Sequence record: SRR22947727_354
Strand: one strand, 5' to 3'
Length of the DNA stretch: 54,742 nt
Shown here: piece after piece, positions 21,036 to 30,990 of the stretch
Numbering within the stretch: position 1 is the first letter of the stretch
Layout: the number at the start of each line of letters is the position of its first letter
Notes under the pieces: generated by a model
The model's database searches: none
The model's input: the letters and a program-made list of their open reading frames with translations, nothing else
What the model was told of the DNA's origin: nothing
Made by a program: the position numbers and the translations under genes

Positions 21036-22718
21036 ATGGCGGTGCCGCCCGAATTTATCGAAGATCTTCGCCAACGCGTGCCGCTGTCTGATGTTGTCGG
21101 GCGGCGGGTGAAATTGATCCGCAAAGGCCGCCGTCATAGCGGTCTATGCCCGTTCCATGCCGAAAAAACCCCGTCTTTTTCCGTTGTTGACGATGATGGA
21201 TTTTATCATTGTTTTGGGTGTGGCGTTCATGGCGACGCGATTTCGTTTCTTCGTGAAATGGATGGTTTGGAATTTATGGAAGCGGTTGAACGTCTTGCCG
21301 AAATGGCCGGATTGACCGTACCGCGCACCGTGCCGCAAGACCCGGCCGCATCACGTCAGCGCAAGGCCGCGCTTGATATTCTGGAAGAAACGACCTTGTT
21401 TTTCGAAGCCGCATTGCGGCGTGATGATGGCCGCGATGCAACCCGCTATTTAAAGCAGCGCGGGCTTGATTCGGCGATCGTGAAAACCTACCGAATCGGC
21501 TATTCGCCGCGGATGGGGCTGCGAGCCGCGTTAAAGGATAAGGGCTTTTCCGATGAGGATATGCTTGCCGCCGGTGTCATCCGCAAATCGGATCGTGATG
21601 GCAGTCTTTATGATTATTTTCGTGATCGCGTCATGTTTCCGATCGAAAACAGACAAGGCAAAGTGATTGCTTTTGGCGCACGGGCGCTTGGGGATGCCCA
21701 GCCAAAATATTTGAATTCGGGCGAGGGGCCGACTTTTTCGAAAAAAGCCGTTCTTTATGGCTGGGTTCAGGCGCGTGAAGGGCTTCGCCGGAACCTGCCG
21801 CTTGTCGTTGCTGAAGGCTATATGGATGTGATTGCCATTCATCACAGTGGCGCTGCCGCGGCAGTGGCACCGCTTGGCACCGCCTTGACGCCCGAACAGA
21901 TTGCGCTGTTATGGAAATTGCATGATGAACCGGTTTTGTGTTTTGACGGCGATGCTGCCGGACAGCGGGCGCAAACGCGCGCGCTCGAACGGATTTTGCC
22001 GCTTCTCGAGCCCGGACGATCGGCACGGTTGGCGGTGCTTCCCGAAGGCAAGGACCCAGACGATTTGATTGCGGCAAGCGGGCCTGAGGGGTTTCGCAAA
22101 GTGATTAGCATGGCGCGGTCACTTATCGATAGCCTATGGGAACAGGTTCAGGCCGAATTCGACATTCGCCAGCCCGAGGCGCGGGCGCAATTCTGGCAGG
22201 CGGTTCGCGGCCATGTTCGCAGCATTGGCAATAATCAGGTGCGGAGCGCCTATGGTGATGAAATCGAAAGCCGAATCGCCGCAATGCGTAATCAAATTCG
22301 TGGCATATCGTCAATGGTGGCACCGCGGCGTGCGTCTCGACCGCAAACAGGGCTGATTAATCGGCATCGTGCGGTTGTGGCATTATTATTGGCGCATCCA
22401 TCCTTGGTTTCTGCCAATTTTGAGGCCTTGTCGATGCTCGATTCGGGGGATCAATCACTCGAAAGCCTGAAAAAAGCACTTATTGACGCGGTAATCCGCG
22501 ATCCAGACCTTGACGCAGAAGCGATAAACTATCATCTAAAAGGATTGAATTTAGATGATGTATTGGCGGCAGTGACGGGGGATGACATGAAAGCCAGACT
22601 GCCATTTGATCCGCGCCAATTGTCAAATGACAAAGCCGCGATACATCTAGATGAATTACTTCAACTTGTCGGCGGTAAGTCCGGATTGTTTTCGCAGGCC
22701 GGCACCCCAAAAAAATAG
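21036..22718 (+). CDS. dnaG: DNA primase
   Basis: CPFHAEKTPSF...CFGC zinc finger; KYLNS, EGYMDV, TOPRIM CFDGDAAG. Confidence 0.97.
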   Translation: MAVPPEFIEDLRQRVPLSDVVGRRVKLIRKGRRHSGLCPFHAEKTPSFSVVDDDGFYHCFGCGVHGDAISFLREMDGLEFMEAVERLAEMAGLTVPRTVPQDPAASRQRKAALDILEETTLFFEAALRRDDGRDATRYLKQRGLDSAIVKTYRIGYSPRMGLRAALKDKGFSDEDMLAAGVIRKSDRDGSLYDYFRDRVMFPIENRQGKVIAFGARALGDAQPKYLNSGEGPTFSKKAVLYGWVQAREGLRRNLPLVVAEGYMDVIAIHHSGAAAAVAPLGTALTPEQIALLWKLHDEPVLCFDGDAAGQRAQTRALERILPLLEPGRSARLAVLPEGKDPDDLIAASGPEGFRKVISMARSLIDSLWEQVQAEFDIRQPEARAQFWQAVRGHVRSIGNNQVRSAYGDEIESRIAAMRNQIRGISSMVAPRRASRPQTGLINRHRAVVALLLAHPSLVSANFEALSMLDSGDQSLESLKKALIDAVIRDPDLDAEAINYHLKGLNLDDVLAAVTGDDMKARLPFDPRQLSNDKAAIHLDELLQLVGGKSGLFSQAGTPKK

Positions 22719-22828
22719 ATAATACCGGGCCTTTGCCCACAGGCTCTGCCGAAATGGCAGGCAAATGACATTTGATGCAACAACACCGGATCAAGCGCAT
22801 CTGGTTGCGTGCACAGCCGGACAGGGAT

Positions 22829-24850
22829 ATGAGCAACAAAATGGCCAGTAAAGCAAAAAAACAAGCCGAACCTGATCAGAACACGCCAGAAGCAGCCGAA
22901 GCGGCCAGCCTTGACGCAGCCCAGCAAACCATCAAAACCTTGATGAAGCTTGGCAAGGAACGCGGCTTTGTTACGCATGACGAGTTGAACGCGGCGCTTC
23001 CTGCCGAAGATTACACATCAGAACAGATTGATGATGTGATGTCATCGCTAAGCGAGATGGGCGTTTCGGTTGTTGATAGCGCCGAAAGCGATGGTGATGA
23101 TGACGCAGCCGAAGAAGGCCGCGCCGCCGGCAATCTGTCGGATAGTGATGTTTCGGGTACCGATGATCCGGTGCGGATGTATCTTCGTGAAATGGGTAGT
23201 GTCGAGCTGTTGTCGCGCGAGGGCGAAATCGCCATTGCCAAACGGATTGAAGCTGGCCGTGAAATGATGATTGGTGGCATTTGTGAATCGCCATTGACCA
23301 TTCGCGCCCTGATGCATTGGCGCGACCAGATCGCCGATGGCGTTGTCCCGCTTCGCGATATTATCGATCTTGAAGCCACCTATGCCAAAATCAATGGCAA
23401 CCCGCTGATCGACCAGAATACCGTCAACCCGCTTGGCGATGATATCCCGGATGATGATCTTGAGGATGATGAAGACGAAGAAGAAATTGAAGATGAAGAA
23501 CAAGACGAAGATGATGAAAGCGGCGATAGCGATACCGATACATCAACCCGTGATTCGTATAATGACAATGATGAAAATGATGATCTGAACCTATCGCTTG
23601 CCGCGCTGGAAGATGCCGTTCGTGATGATGTGATGGCGCTTCTTGACGATGTTGGCACAACCTACAAGGCCTTTGTCAAAAGTCAGGATCGTCGCCTTGC
23701 CCGCATGGCCAAGGAACAGCCGCTTGTCGCAAAAAGCGAAACCACGCATTTCGAAATTAAGGTCAAGCTGTGTGAATTGATGCAAGGGGTGATTTTCAAC
23801 CCGAACCGGATTGAAGCCTTGAGCGAGCAGGTCTTTACCCTTAACCGGCATGTTACCCAGATTGAAGGTCGCCTGATGCGCCTTGCCACCGATAATGGCG
23901 TGACCCGCGTTCAGATGATTGACGCATGGAACGGCCGCGAGGTTTGTGAAGATTGGCCCGGCACCGGCTATAACACCAAGGCATGGAAAAAGCTGTTGGC
24001 CAATAGTGCCGATGAAATTGCCGAACTGCGCGACAAGATCAAGCTTGTCGTCGATGATATTGGTCTGTCGGTTCCCGAATTTCGTGAAGTGATCCAAACC
24101 ATCCAGCGTGGCCAGCGCGAAGCAGCGCGCGCCAAACGCGAAATGGTCGAAGCCAATTTGCGGCTGGTGATTTCGATTGCCAAGAAATACACCAATCGCG
24201 GCCTGCAATTCCTCGATCTTATTCAAGAGGGCAATATCGGCCTGATGAAGGCGGTTGATAAATTTGAATATCGGCGAGGCTATAAATTTTCGACCTATGC
24301 AACATGGTGGATTAGACAGGCCATCACGCGCTCAATTGCAGATCAGGCACGCACGATCCGGATTCCGGTTCATATGATCGAAACAATCAATAAGCTGGTT
24401 CGCACTTCGCGCCAGATGCTGCATGAAATTGGCCGCGAGCCAACGCCTGAAGAGCTTGCCGAAAAGCTGTCAATGCCGATTGATAAAGTGCGCAAGGTTT
24501 TGAAGATTGCCAAAGAGCCAATCAGCCTTGAAACCCCAATTGGCGATGAAGAAGACAGCCATCTTGGTGATTTCATCGAAGATAAAAATGCCGTGCAGCC
24601 GCTTGACGCCGCCATCCATGCTAATTTGCGCGAAACCACAACGCGGGTTCTGGCCAGCCTGACGGCGCGTGAAGAGCGCGTCTTGCGCATGCGGTTTGGC
24701 ATTGGCATGAATACTGATCACACGCTGGAAGAAGTGGGTCAGCAATTTAGCGTGACGCGCGAACGTATCCGGCAAATTGAGGCCAAGGCGCTTCGCAAAC
24801 TAAAGCATCCGTCACGGTCGCGTAAATTGCGTAGCTTTCTTGAAAGCTAG
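22829..24850 (+). CDS. rpoD: Primary RNA polymerase sigma factor (start 22829 or 22841)
   Basis: Region 1.1, [25 protein letters not shown], region 4 [16 protein letters not shown]. Confidence 0.98.
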   Translation: MSNKMASKAKKQAEPDQNTPEAAEAASLDAAQQTIKTLMKLGKERGFVTHDELNAALPAEDYTSEQIDDVMSSLSEMGVSVVDSAESDGDDDAAEEGRAAGNLSDSDVSGTDDPVRMYLREMGSVELLSREGEIAIAKRIEAGREMMIGGICESPLTIRALMHWRDQIADGVVPLRDIIDLEATYAKINGNPLIDQNTVNPLGDDIPDDDLEDDEDEEEIEDEEQDEDDESGDSDTDTSTRDSYNDNDENDDLNLSLAALEDAVRDDVMALLDDVGTTYKAFVKSQDRRLARMAKEQPLVAKSETTHFEIKVKLCELMQGVIFNPNRIEALSEQVFTLNRHVTQIEGRLMRLATDNGVTRVQMIDAWNGREVCEDWPGTGYNTKAWKKLLANSADEIAELRDKIKLVVDDIGLSVPEFREVIQTIQRGQREAARAKREMVEANLRLVISIAKKYTNRGLQFLDLIQEGNIGLMKAVDKFEYRRGYKFSTYATWWIRQAITRSIADQARTIRIPVHMIETINKLVRTSRQMLHEIGREPTPEELAEKLSMPIDKVRKVLKIAKEPISLETPIGDEEDSHLGDFIEDKNAVQPLDAAIHANLRETTTRVLASLTAREERVLRMRFGIGMNTDHTLEEVGQQFSVTRERIRQIEAKALRKLKHPSRSRKLRSFLES

Positions 24851-24946
24851 GTTGATGCGGCATGCCCTGATGGGGCGCGCCGTGAAAATATCTGTTGCGG
24901 GAAAAAGGGGCTGGCGCTTGCGCTTGTCATAACCCGCCAAAGGGTG

Positions 24947-25023
24947 GGGCCTGTAGTTCAATTGGTTAGAACCCACGGCTCATAACCGTGTTGTTGCAGG
25001 TTCGAGTCCTGCCGGGCCCACCA
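24947..25023 (+). tRNA. tRNA with CAT anticodon, most likely tRNA-Ile2 (lysidine-modified)
   Basis: Cloverleaf: acceptor GGGCCTG/CGGGCCC, anticodon arm CACGG-CTCATAA-CCGTG, GTTCGAG T-loop, encoded CCA. G1-C72 pair excludes initiator; position after rpoD matches ileX-type genes. Confidence 0.92.
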
Positions 25024-25393
25024 ACCCTTGCTTCTAAGCCCCCAGCTTTTGTTTGTTCTCGCCCATTTGCGACTCTTTTGCCGTGCCGCGTGAGGTCATC
25101 TCCCGGCCTTAACCTTTTTTTAAATGTTATTGCCTAGACTTCTCAACACCAGTTGGCAAACAGGTAAGTCACCCCTTGTATGACGTGCCCAGTCCCAACG
25201 AAAGGGAGATTGGTAGACCTGTGCCATGAGTGGTTCCGCGTCGTGTTCAGGTTGACTGGCATTGGCATGAGGTGCGTGATTATTTGCCGCTTGGTGCCAT
25301 TCGAAGCATCAAGAAACGCTATAGCGACCATAAATTATTCACCGCTGATTGTGATGTGATGCGCCAGCGTTTGTTTTAGTGGGCAAGCGCGCC

Positions 25394-27397
25394 TTACGTT
25401 GCGCGGCCTTCGGCAGTGGCATAGATAAGCGCCTCGATAAACAAATCCTTATTCGATGATAATGGCACCAGCTTTATATCTTCTTCAAGATGAAGGTCAA
25501 TTTTGGTGGCACCGGCGCTTTTGGCGCGTGCTTCGGCAAGCTGTTTGGCGGCAATCCGTGCGGCGGCAAGCGCGTCGTTAAGGCTGGATTTATCAATCGG
25601 GCCATCAGCAAGATGAATGCGAAATTTTGTTTCAGCAGGCTGGGTGATAGACACCATCACCCGTTGGCGAACCGATCCGGCCGCTGCGCCAACCGCGCCA
25701 GCAACATCGGCATGATCAGGAACCGTCAGCGCAACCCCCACCACGTTGGCGATTGGCGGATAATGGGTGGCGGCCGATGCGCCAAGCGCAATGAGGCCGG
25801 TATTTAATTTCACCCCAACCGAGACAAGCTGGTCGTTGCTGGCCGGTGTTTTGCGAAATGATTGTGCGAGCAGCGGGTTGCTGGAAACCGCCGCTTCGCC
25901 GCCGCCTTCATGCGCCAAGGCCGCATCCATCAAGGCCAAAGCCGACCGCCGGTGCAATTCGTCAAGCGTCATTTCGGCAAGATCCAGCGGCGTTGCCGCA
26001 ATTGCAATGCCGGCACCATTACGCTGGCGTGCCATTAATTTTGCGCCAAGCATGGCGGCCTCTTCGTCAAATTCGGTAAAGGCACCGGTGACATGCGCCG
26101 CATCGGTGGGGGTAAAGCTGGACAGGCCAAGAAGCCCGCGGCTGATCAAACGGTCAACCGCGCCAAGCGCCAATTGCGTTGCCGCCAATTCAGCAACCGG
26201 TGCGGGGCCAGCGGCAATGGCCTTTTCGGCAAGCCTGATTTCCGACCGCGTAAGCCATTGCGGAACACCATCAGGCATGATCGGAAAGACGAACCGTGCA
26301 TCTGTTGCCATTGGCACGGCAAGATCAAGCTGGCGCGAAAGATGGTCTTTTAATGTTGGCCAGCGCAGCGCCAGCAAAGACAATGGCGTCGCCCGTCTTG
26401 GGCCAAGGCTAAGCCCGCCCGTTCTGCCGCGCAAAATTGGCGTGACCTCGCTGTCGCCGCCAAGCCCGCAGGTTCGTATCTCGGCGGCCTCGACCATGGT
26501 TTGCCAGCCGCCAACAAAGGCACCGTCTTTTTTTAAACGCGGCGTGCCATTATGCAAAAAGGCAATATCGGTTGTGGTGCCACCAATATCGGCAATCAAG
26601 GCTGATTTGGCACCAGCCAGAAACGCCGCGCCCGACAGGCTGGCGGCCGGACCTGACAAAACGGTTTCAACCGGACGCGACAGGGCAAAATCGGCATGAA
26701 GCAGCGAGCCATCACCCTTGACCACCATCAATGGGCAGGTCAGGCCTTGTTGTGACATAATGTTTTGCGTGGCGGTAATCAGCCGTTCCAGAAGATTGAT
26801 CAGGCGGGCATTCAACACCGCGGTCAGGGCGCGTCGTGGCCCGCCAAGCGATGACGATAATTCATGGCTGCAAGTGATGGGAAGGCCGGTTATTTCGCGA
26901 AGCAAATCGCGGGTTTCGGTCTCGTGAAGCGGGTTTCGCGTGGCAAAATGACCAGCAACCGCAAAGGCCGAAACCTCGGATTTCAGCTTGTTTGCAGCGG
27001 CATCTAGCGCGGCAATGTCCAATGGTGCCTGAATGCCGCCATCGGGGCGATGGCCGCCATTGATGAAATAAACCGGATCCTGTCCAAGGGCGCGCGCCAG
27101 ATCGGCGCGTTCAAGCGCGGCCTCGTCAAATCCGATCAAAAACAGGCCAACACGCCCGCCAACACCCTCGACAACAGCGTTGGTGGCAAGCGTTGTTGAC
27201 AGTGACACCATTTTGATATCATCCGGCGTGCCGTCAAAATCGGCAAGAATTTTGGCAATGGCACCGCCAAGACCAACCGACAAATCATCGCGTGTGGTCA
27301 GTGCCTTGCCAGTTGCCAAGACAACACCGCGATCAACATCAAGAAGCGCCGCATCAGTGTAGGTGCCGCCGGTATCAAGGCCGATTACAAGTGACAT
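25394..27397 (-). CDS. Hydantoinase/oxoprolinase-family protein (HyuA-like N-terminal domain)
   Basis: GLDTGGTYTD, STTLATNA, SGPAAS, DIGGTTTD, GLGGDS motifs. Confidence 0.9.
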   Translation of the reverse strand: MSLVIGLDTGGTYTDAALLDVDRGVVLATGKALTTRDDLSVGLGGAIAKILADFDGTPDDIKMVSLSTTLATNAVVEGVGGRVGLFLIGFDEAALERADLARALGQDPVYFINGGHRPDGGIQAPLDIAALDAAANKLKSEVSAFAVAGHFATRNPLHETETRDLLREITGLPITCSHELSSSLGGPRRALTAVLNARLINLLERLITATQNIMSQQGLTCPLMVVKGDGSLLHADFALSRPVETVLSGPAASLSGAAFLAGAKSALIADIGGTTTDIAFLHNGTPRLKKDGAFVGGWQTMVEAAEIRTCGLGGDSEVTPILRGRTGGLSLGPRRATPLSLLALRWPTLKDHLSRQLDLAVPMATDARFVFPIMPDGVPQWLTRSEIRLAEKAIAAGPAPVAELAATQLALGAVDRLISRGLLGLSSFTPTDAAHVTGAFTEFDEEAAMLGAKLMARQRNGAGIAIAATPLDLAEMTLDELHRRSALALMDAALAHEGGGEAAVSSNPLLAQSFRKTPASNDQLVSVGVKLNTGLIALGASAATHYPPIANVVGVALTVPDHADVAGAVGAAAGSVRQRVMVSITQPAETKFRIHLADGPIDKSSLNDALAAARIAAKQLAEARAKSAGATKIDLHLEEDIKLVPLSSNKDLFIEALIYATAEGRAT

Positions 27398-27458
27398 GCG
27401 ATTATTCCTTTTGGTTTGGTGCCAGATCGCAAATTACGCCGGCCACCATAAAATGCGA

Positions 27459-28181
27459 CTATCCCGTTGGCGCATGTTTGGCAAAAAATGCCAAAATCCA
27501 GCTTGCAACCAATTTGCCATCATGCGGTGTGGCAAGTGATTGACGCGCTTCATTGACGCAATCGGTGCCGGCTCGATCAACCAGCAGGTTAGAAAGCGCA
27601 TCGGTATAGTCAGCGTCAAATTCGGGATGACCCTGAATGGCAAAAACATCATCTCCAATGACAAAAGCCGCATTTGTGCAATGGTCAGCGCTGGCAATGC
27701 GCCGCGCCCCATCGGGAAGGCTGGTCACCTGATCTTGATGAACATGAATCAGATTGATTTTGTCACGGCTTGTTTCAATCCAGTCCGGAAGGTCGGTTAA
27801 GGCCAGTTCCTTGACGCCAAGACCCCAGCCCTTATCCCATTTGCGGGCATGACCGCCAAGCGCATGCGCAATGATCTGATGGCCAAAACAAACGCCCGCC
27901 AGCGGCTTTTTGGCAGCATAGATCTGGCGCAGAAAATCCATTAATTTTGGAATGAATGGCGCATCGTCATAAACACCATAGGCGGAACCCGAAACAAGAT
28001 AGCCGTCATAATCGTCAATTTGCGCCGGAAACACGTCATCGACCACGGCCAATGTGGTAAAGCGGAAATTTTTGCCAAGCGGAAGGCTGGCAAAAAGATC
28101 GCTGAACATATCATTATAATCATGAAAGCGCTGGGGCATTGCCTTGTTGGTATGACCGGCCAAAAGAATTGCGATATGCAT
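27459..28181 (-). CDS. Class I glutamine amidotransferase-like protein
   Basis: GVCFGHQ nucleophile Cys and QGHPE. Confidence 0.92.
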   Translation of the reverse strand: MHIAILLAGHTNKAMPQRFHDYNDMFSDLFASLPLGKNFRFTTLAVVDDVFPAQIDDYDGYLVSGSAYGVYDDAPFIPKLMDFLRQIYAAKKPLAGVCFGHQIIAHALGGHARKWDKGWGLGVKELALTDLPDWIETSRDKINLIHVHQDQVTSLPDGARRIASADHCTNAAFVIGDDVFAIQGHPEFDADYTDALSNLLVDRAGTDCVNEARQSLATPHDGKLVASWILAFFAKHAPTG

Positions 28182-28238
28182 ATGTGATGCTTCCTATCTA
28201 TGCGCAGGGCTCGTTTATCCGTGGCACTAAAATGCTAA

Positions 28239-28274
28239 CCCAAAACAACCTATGATCCCAAAACGACTTATAAT
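28239..28274. repeat. Imperfect 18-bp tandem duplication (CCCAAAACAACCTATGAT / CCCAAAACGACTTATAAT)
   Basis: Direct reading; intergenic. Confidence 0.7.
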
Positions 28275-28284
28275 CCGGAAAAGG

Positions 28285-28527
28285 CTAGTGATCCAGCGGC
28301 TTTATATCTGTCTTAACAACGGCAGTTTCTTTTTTTAATTCGGCCAGAACGAATAGCCGCAAGGCCGAAGACAGCCCGCCATCACGTTTACGGTCAATCT
28401 TTTGCACAAGGCTGGCAAGCGATTGCCCGCGACTGGCTGCAATATCTTGCAGCATGTCCCAAAAAGGCTGTTCCAATGACACGCTTGTCCGGTGTCCGTG
28501 AATGGTCATGGATCGCTTGATCATCAT
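28285..28527 (-). CDS. Ribbon-helix-helix domain protein
   Basis: MIKRSMTIHGHRTSVSLEQPFW...LSSALRLFVL is the typical alphaproteobacterial RHH family pattern; start 28527 or 28524. Confidence 0.88.
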   Translation of the reverse strand: MMIKRSMTIHGHRTSVSLEQPFWDMLQDIAASRGQSLASLVQKIDRKRDGGLSSALRLFVLAELKKETAVVKTDIKPLDH

Positions 28528-28552
28528 CGTAATATCATGCGCTTTGAAGATT

Positions 28553-28591
28553 GTTTTTGGCAAACCCGTTTTTGGCAAAGGCATTTGGCAA
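28553..28591. repeat. GTTTTTGGCAAA x2 (15-bp period) plus a degenerate third copy
   Basis: Copies at 28553 and 28568, partial at about 28583. Confidence 0.7.
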
Positions 28592-28636
28592 TGTGGCCGT
28601 GGCCAAGATTTGTGATGCCGCCAATGACGATTGATG

Positions 28637-30037
28637 CTAGCGGCGGAAAGCGCCAATCAGTTCGAGATGATTGCTGAATGAGAATTGATCAATGACCTGA
28701 ATCCATTCAAGCTGAAACCCACTTTCTGTCAAAATGGCCGCATCCCGCGCAAAACTTGCCGGATTGCATGACACCATAGCGATTATTGCAATGCCCGATT
28801 GCGCCAGCATCTGGCATTGTGCAGCAGCGCCGCTTCGCGGCGGGTCAAGAATGGCCATGTCAAAGCCTTCCAGCTCGTCAGGCATTAATGGCGCGTCAAA
28901 CAAATTGCGGCTGGCGGTCTTTACTCGCCCGCCAATGCCTGCAGCATCAACGCCAAATTTCAACGCCGCAAGGGCGTCTTCGCTTTGTTCGACCGCCAGA
29001 AGATTGGTGATATTATCCAGCAGCGGCAGGCTAAGCGTCCCGCATCCGGCAAAAAGATCGACAATCTGGCGCGCTGATCCCGCGATTTCAGCAATGGCAT
29101 TTTGTAACATAGCCTCGCCATCACGGGTCGCTTGCAGAAAAGCACCCGGAGGCGGTGAAACGCCGATTTTGCCAAATTGAACCACAGGAATCTCAGGGGC
29201 GAAAAGCGTCATCGGACTGCCATGATCAGTAACTGACAGCCTTGCCAATCTTATGCTTGCCGCCCAATCGCCCAATTTGGCAAGCATATCCGGACTCCAA
29301 GGCTGCGCCCCTGAAATTGGCTCAATGTAAAGACAGATATTGCTGTCTTTTTCATTGCCGGTGCTGCGGTCAAGAAGGTTGGCATGTGCATCTGCAGCAA
29401 AGCCAGCGGGAAGATGGGCGCTGGCAAAGTCCTGCAAGGCGTCTTGCAGAGCCAACAGGTTTGGGTGAAGAACAGCGCAGCCGTCAGGGCTGACAATATG
29501 TTGACCCATATGTTCGCGAAAACCAACAATCGCCCCATCAGCAATACATTTCAAATGGAAGCTGGCGCGTCTTCGGCTTTTTAGCGGCGAGCTGTAAAGC
29601 GGCCTTATCGTGCCAGCCTTGATTTTGGCACGATCAAGGAAATTGGCAACAAGGGCGCTTTTCCAGCTGCTGATTTTGGTTTCATCCCAATGCTGGAACC
29701 GGCAGCCGCCACATGCTGGAAAGGCATCGCAGCGCGGTGAATGGCGATCGGGTGATGGCGTATATAGCTCGATAATGCGCGCCTTGATGCCTTGTGACGT
29801 CAGCGAGAGCGGCTGAACCAACAAGCGTTCGCCCGGAAGGCTGGCCGGAACAAATACATCATGTTCGGCTTCGCTGTAATTATGGGTGTAAAGCGCTTTG
29901 GCAATGCCATCGCCGCGCCCGCCAATATGGCTGATTGTCACCTCGATTGGCGGCGCATTGCGGGGCAGGCGGCCAGCCATCTGGTTCGATTTTGCCGACC
30001 GTTTCTTGCTTGGCCTTCGGTTGGATTGGCGTGCCAT
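28637..30037 (-). CDS. rlmD: RlmD/TrmA-type RNA (uracil-5)-methyltransferase (alternative start 30070)
   Basis: CDAFPACGGC Fe-S motif, FLQAT, DLFAGCG, LDPPRSG, VSCNPASFARD, HLE. Confidence 0.85.
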   Translation of the reverse strand: MARQSNRRPSKKRSAKSNQMAGRLPRNAPPIEVTISHIGGRGDGIAKALYTHNYSEAEHDVFVPASLPGERLLVQPLSLTSQGIKARIIELYTPSPDRHSPRCDAFPACGGCRFQHWDETKISSWKSALVANFLDRAKIKAGTIRPLYSSPLKSRRRASFHLKCIADGAIVGFREHMGQHIVSPDGCAVLHPNLLALQDALQDFASAHLPAGFAADAHANLLDRSTGNEKDSNICLYIEPISGAQPWSPDMLAKLGDWAASIRLARLSVTDHGSPMTLFAPEIPVVQFGKIGVSPPPGAFLQATRDGEAMLQNAIAEIAGSARQIVDLFAGCGTLSLPLLDNITNLLAVEQSEDALAALKFGVDAAGIGGRVKTASRNLFDAPLMPDELEGFDMAILDPPRSGAAAQCQMLAQSGIAIIAMVSCNPASFARDAAILTESGFQLEWIQVIDQFSFSNHLELIGAFRR

Positions 30038-30128
30038 TTGCTGATCGCCCTTATTGGTAAAATGTGACATGCGCTATATGCGCAAGAAAGAAAACGCCCA
30101 ATGCAAAACGCTTAATTAAAATGCTTCA

Positions 30129-30554
30129 TTATAGGCGACGCGCAAACCATACCACACGCCCGATGATATGTACCTCATCAATCCGCCGCTGGTAACTGCT
30201 ATAGGCCGAATTTTCCGACGAAATACGAAGCATTTGCGGTGTCGTGCTGGGAATAATTTCAATGCGTTTGGCAACAAGGCCAACACCATCATCAAGAATG
30301 AAAATACCCGGCGGTGACGGGTGGGTTTGACTGTAATCAAGCATCACCGTGTCATCATGTTCAAGAAGTGGAACCATCGAATCGCCGCTGATGGAAATCA
30401 TCCGCAAGGCGTCGGTCTGACGCCGGCCAAGCTTGGCAAGCCATTGGCATTCTGCTTGTTGCGGGCGGCTGATCGGGCGGGTTTGGCCGCCCAATCCTAA
30501 ATTATCAAAGCCCAAATCATTACAGCCCAAATCATTGCAGCCCAAATCATTCAA
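30129..30554 (-). CDS. S24 (LexA/CI-type) peptidase domain lacking an N-terminal HTH; probable truncated repressor
   Basis: SGDSMVP (Ser) and LVAKRIE (Lys) dyad; PSPPGIF and IIGRVVWFARRL. The N-terminus is the repeat NDLGC and its start is doubtful. Confidence 0.8.
   Translation of the reverse strand: MNDLGCNDLGCNDLGFDNLGLGGQTRPISRPQQAECQWLAKLGRRQTDALRMISISGDSMVPLLEHDDTVMLDYSQTHPSPPGIFILDDGVGLVAKRIEIIPSTTPQMLRISSENSAYSSYQRRIDEVHIIGRVVWFARRL
30494..30551. repeat. 15-bp tandem repeat AGCCCAAATCATT(A/G)C, 3 copies plus 1 degenerate
   Basis: Copies at 30509, 30524, 30539; degenerate at 30494. Confidence 0.85.
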
Positions 30555-30566
30555 GAAAGGAACGCT

Positions 30567-30986
30567 ATGACGTCTTTGTCATTACTGGCTTTGCTTGGCC
30601 GTATTTTTGATCCGCTTGCCGCGCTTTTGGACGAGGCAGCCACATCGGCAAGCGCGCGCGAGGCGGCGCGGGTGAAATTGGCCGCGGTCAAGGCCGATGC
30701 GTTTTCCGCCGCCCTCGTCTTTGAAGAAGACCGGCTTGCCACCGCTGCGCGTCTTGTTGCGGCCAAAGCTAACGGTCAATCATAGTTACAACGCAATTGG
30801 CGGCCGCTAACCATGCTGTGTTTTCTGTTTCTGGTGATGGCTGATTCATTCGGGCTTTTGGCGTTTCGCCTATCGGCCGAGGCATGGGGGCTGCTGCAAA
30901 TTGGCCTTGGTGGTTATGTTGTCGGCCGGTCAGTGGAAAAAATCGCGCCACAAATCAAATCCAGCCTGAATAGCAAAATGGGCTAG
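30567..30986 (+). pseudogene. 3TM holin-family gene interrupted by one in-frame TAG (30783-30785)
   Basis: RBS AAGGAA before ATG 30567; reading continues in frame as GQS*LQRNWRPLTMLCFLFLV...AWGLLQIGLGGYVVGRSVEK to TAG 30984-30986; WRP and GGYVxGRSxEK are 3TM-holin signatures. Confidence 0.82.
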
Positions 30987-30990
30987 CCAC

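Noticed and set aside
23440-23590. Asp/Glu low-complexity tract in rpoD
   Set aside because: Normal acidic non-conserved region of proteobacterial sigma70.
24947-25023. tRNA-Met or tRNA-fMet assignment
   Set aside because: A paired G1-C72 and the lack of three consecutive G-C pairs in the anticodon stem exclude the initiator. Acceptor stem and rpoD linkage favour Ile2, though elongator Met is not fully excluded without a covariance model.
25767-26699. 310-aa plus-strand ORF and the many other long overlapping ORFs in the track (e.g. 43953-44612, 52552-53307, 23591-24226)
   Set aside because: Antisense or alternate-frame shadows of well-supported genes, with no recognisable motifs.
30494-30551. 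CRISPR array
   Set aside because: 15-bp head-to-tail units without unique spacers; no cas genes.
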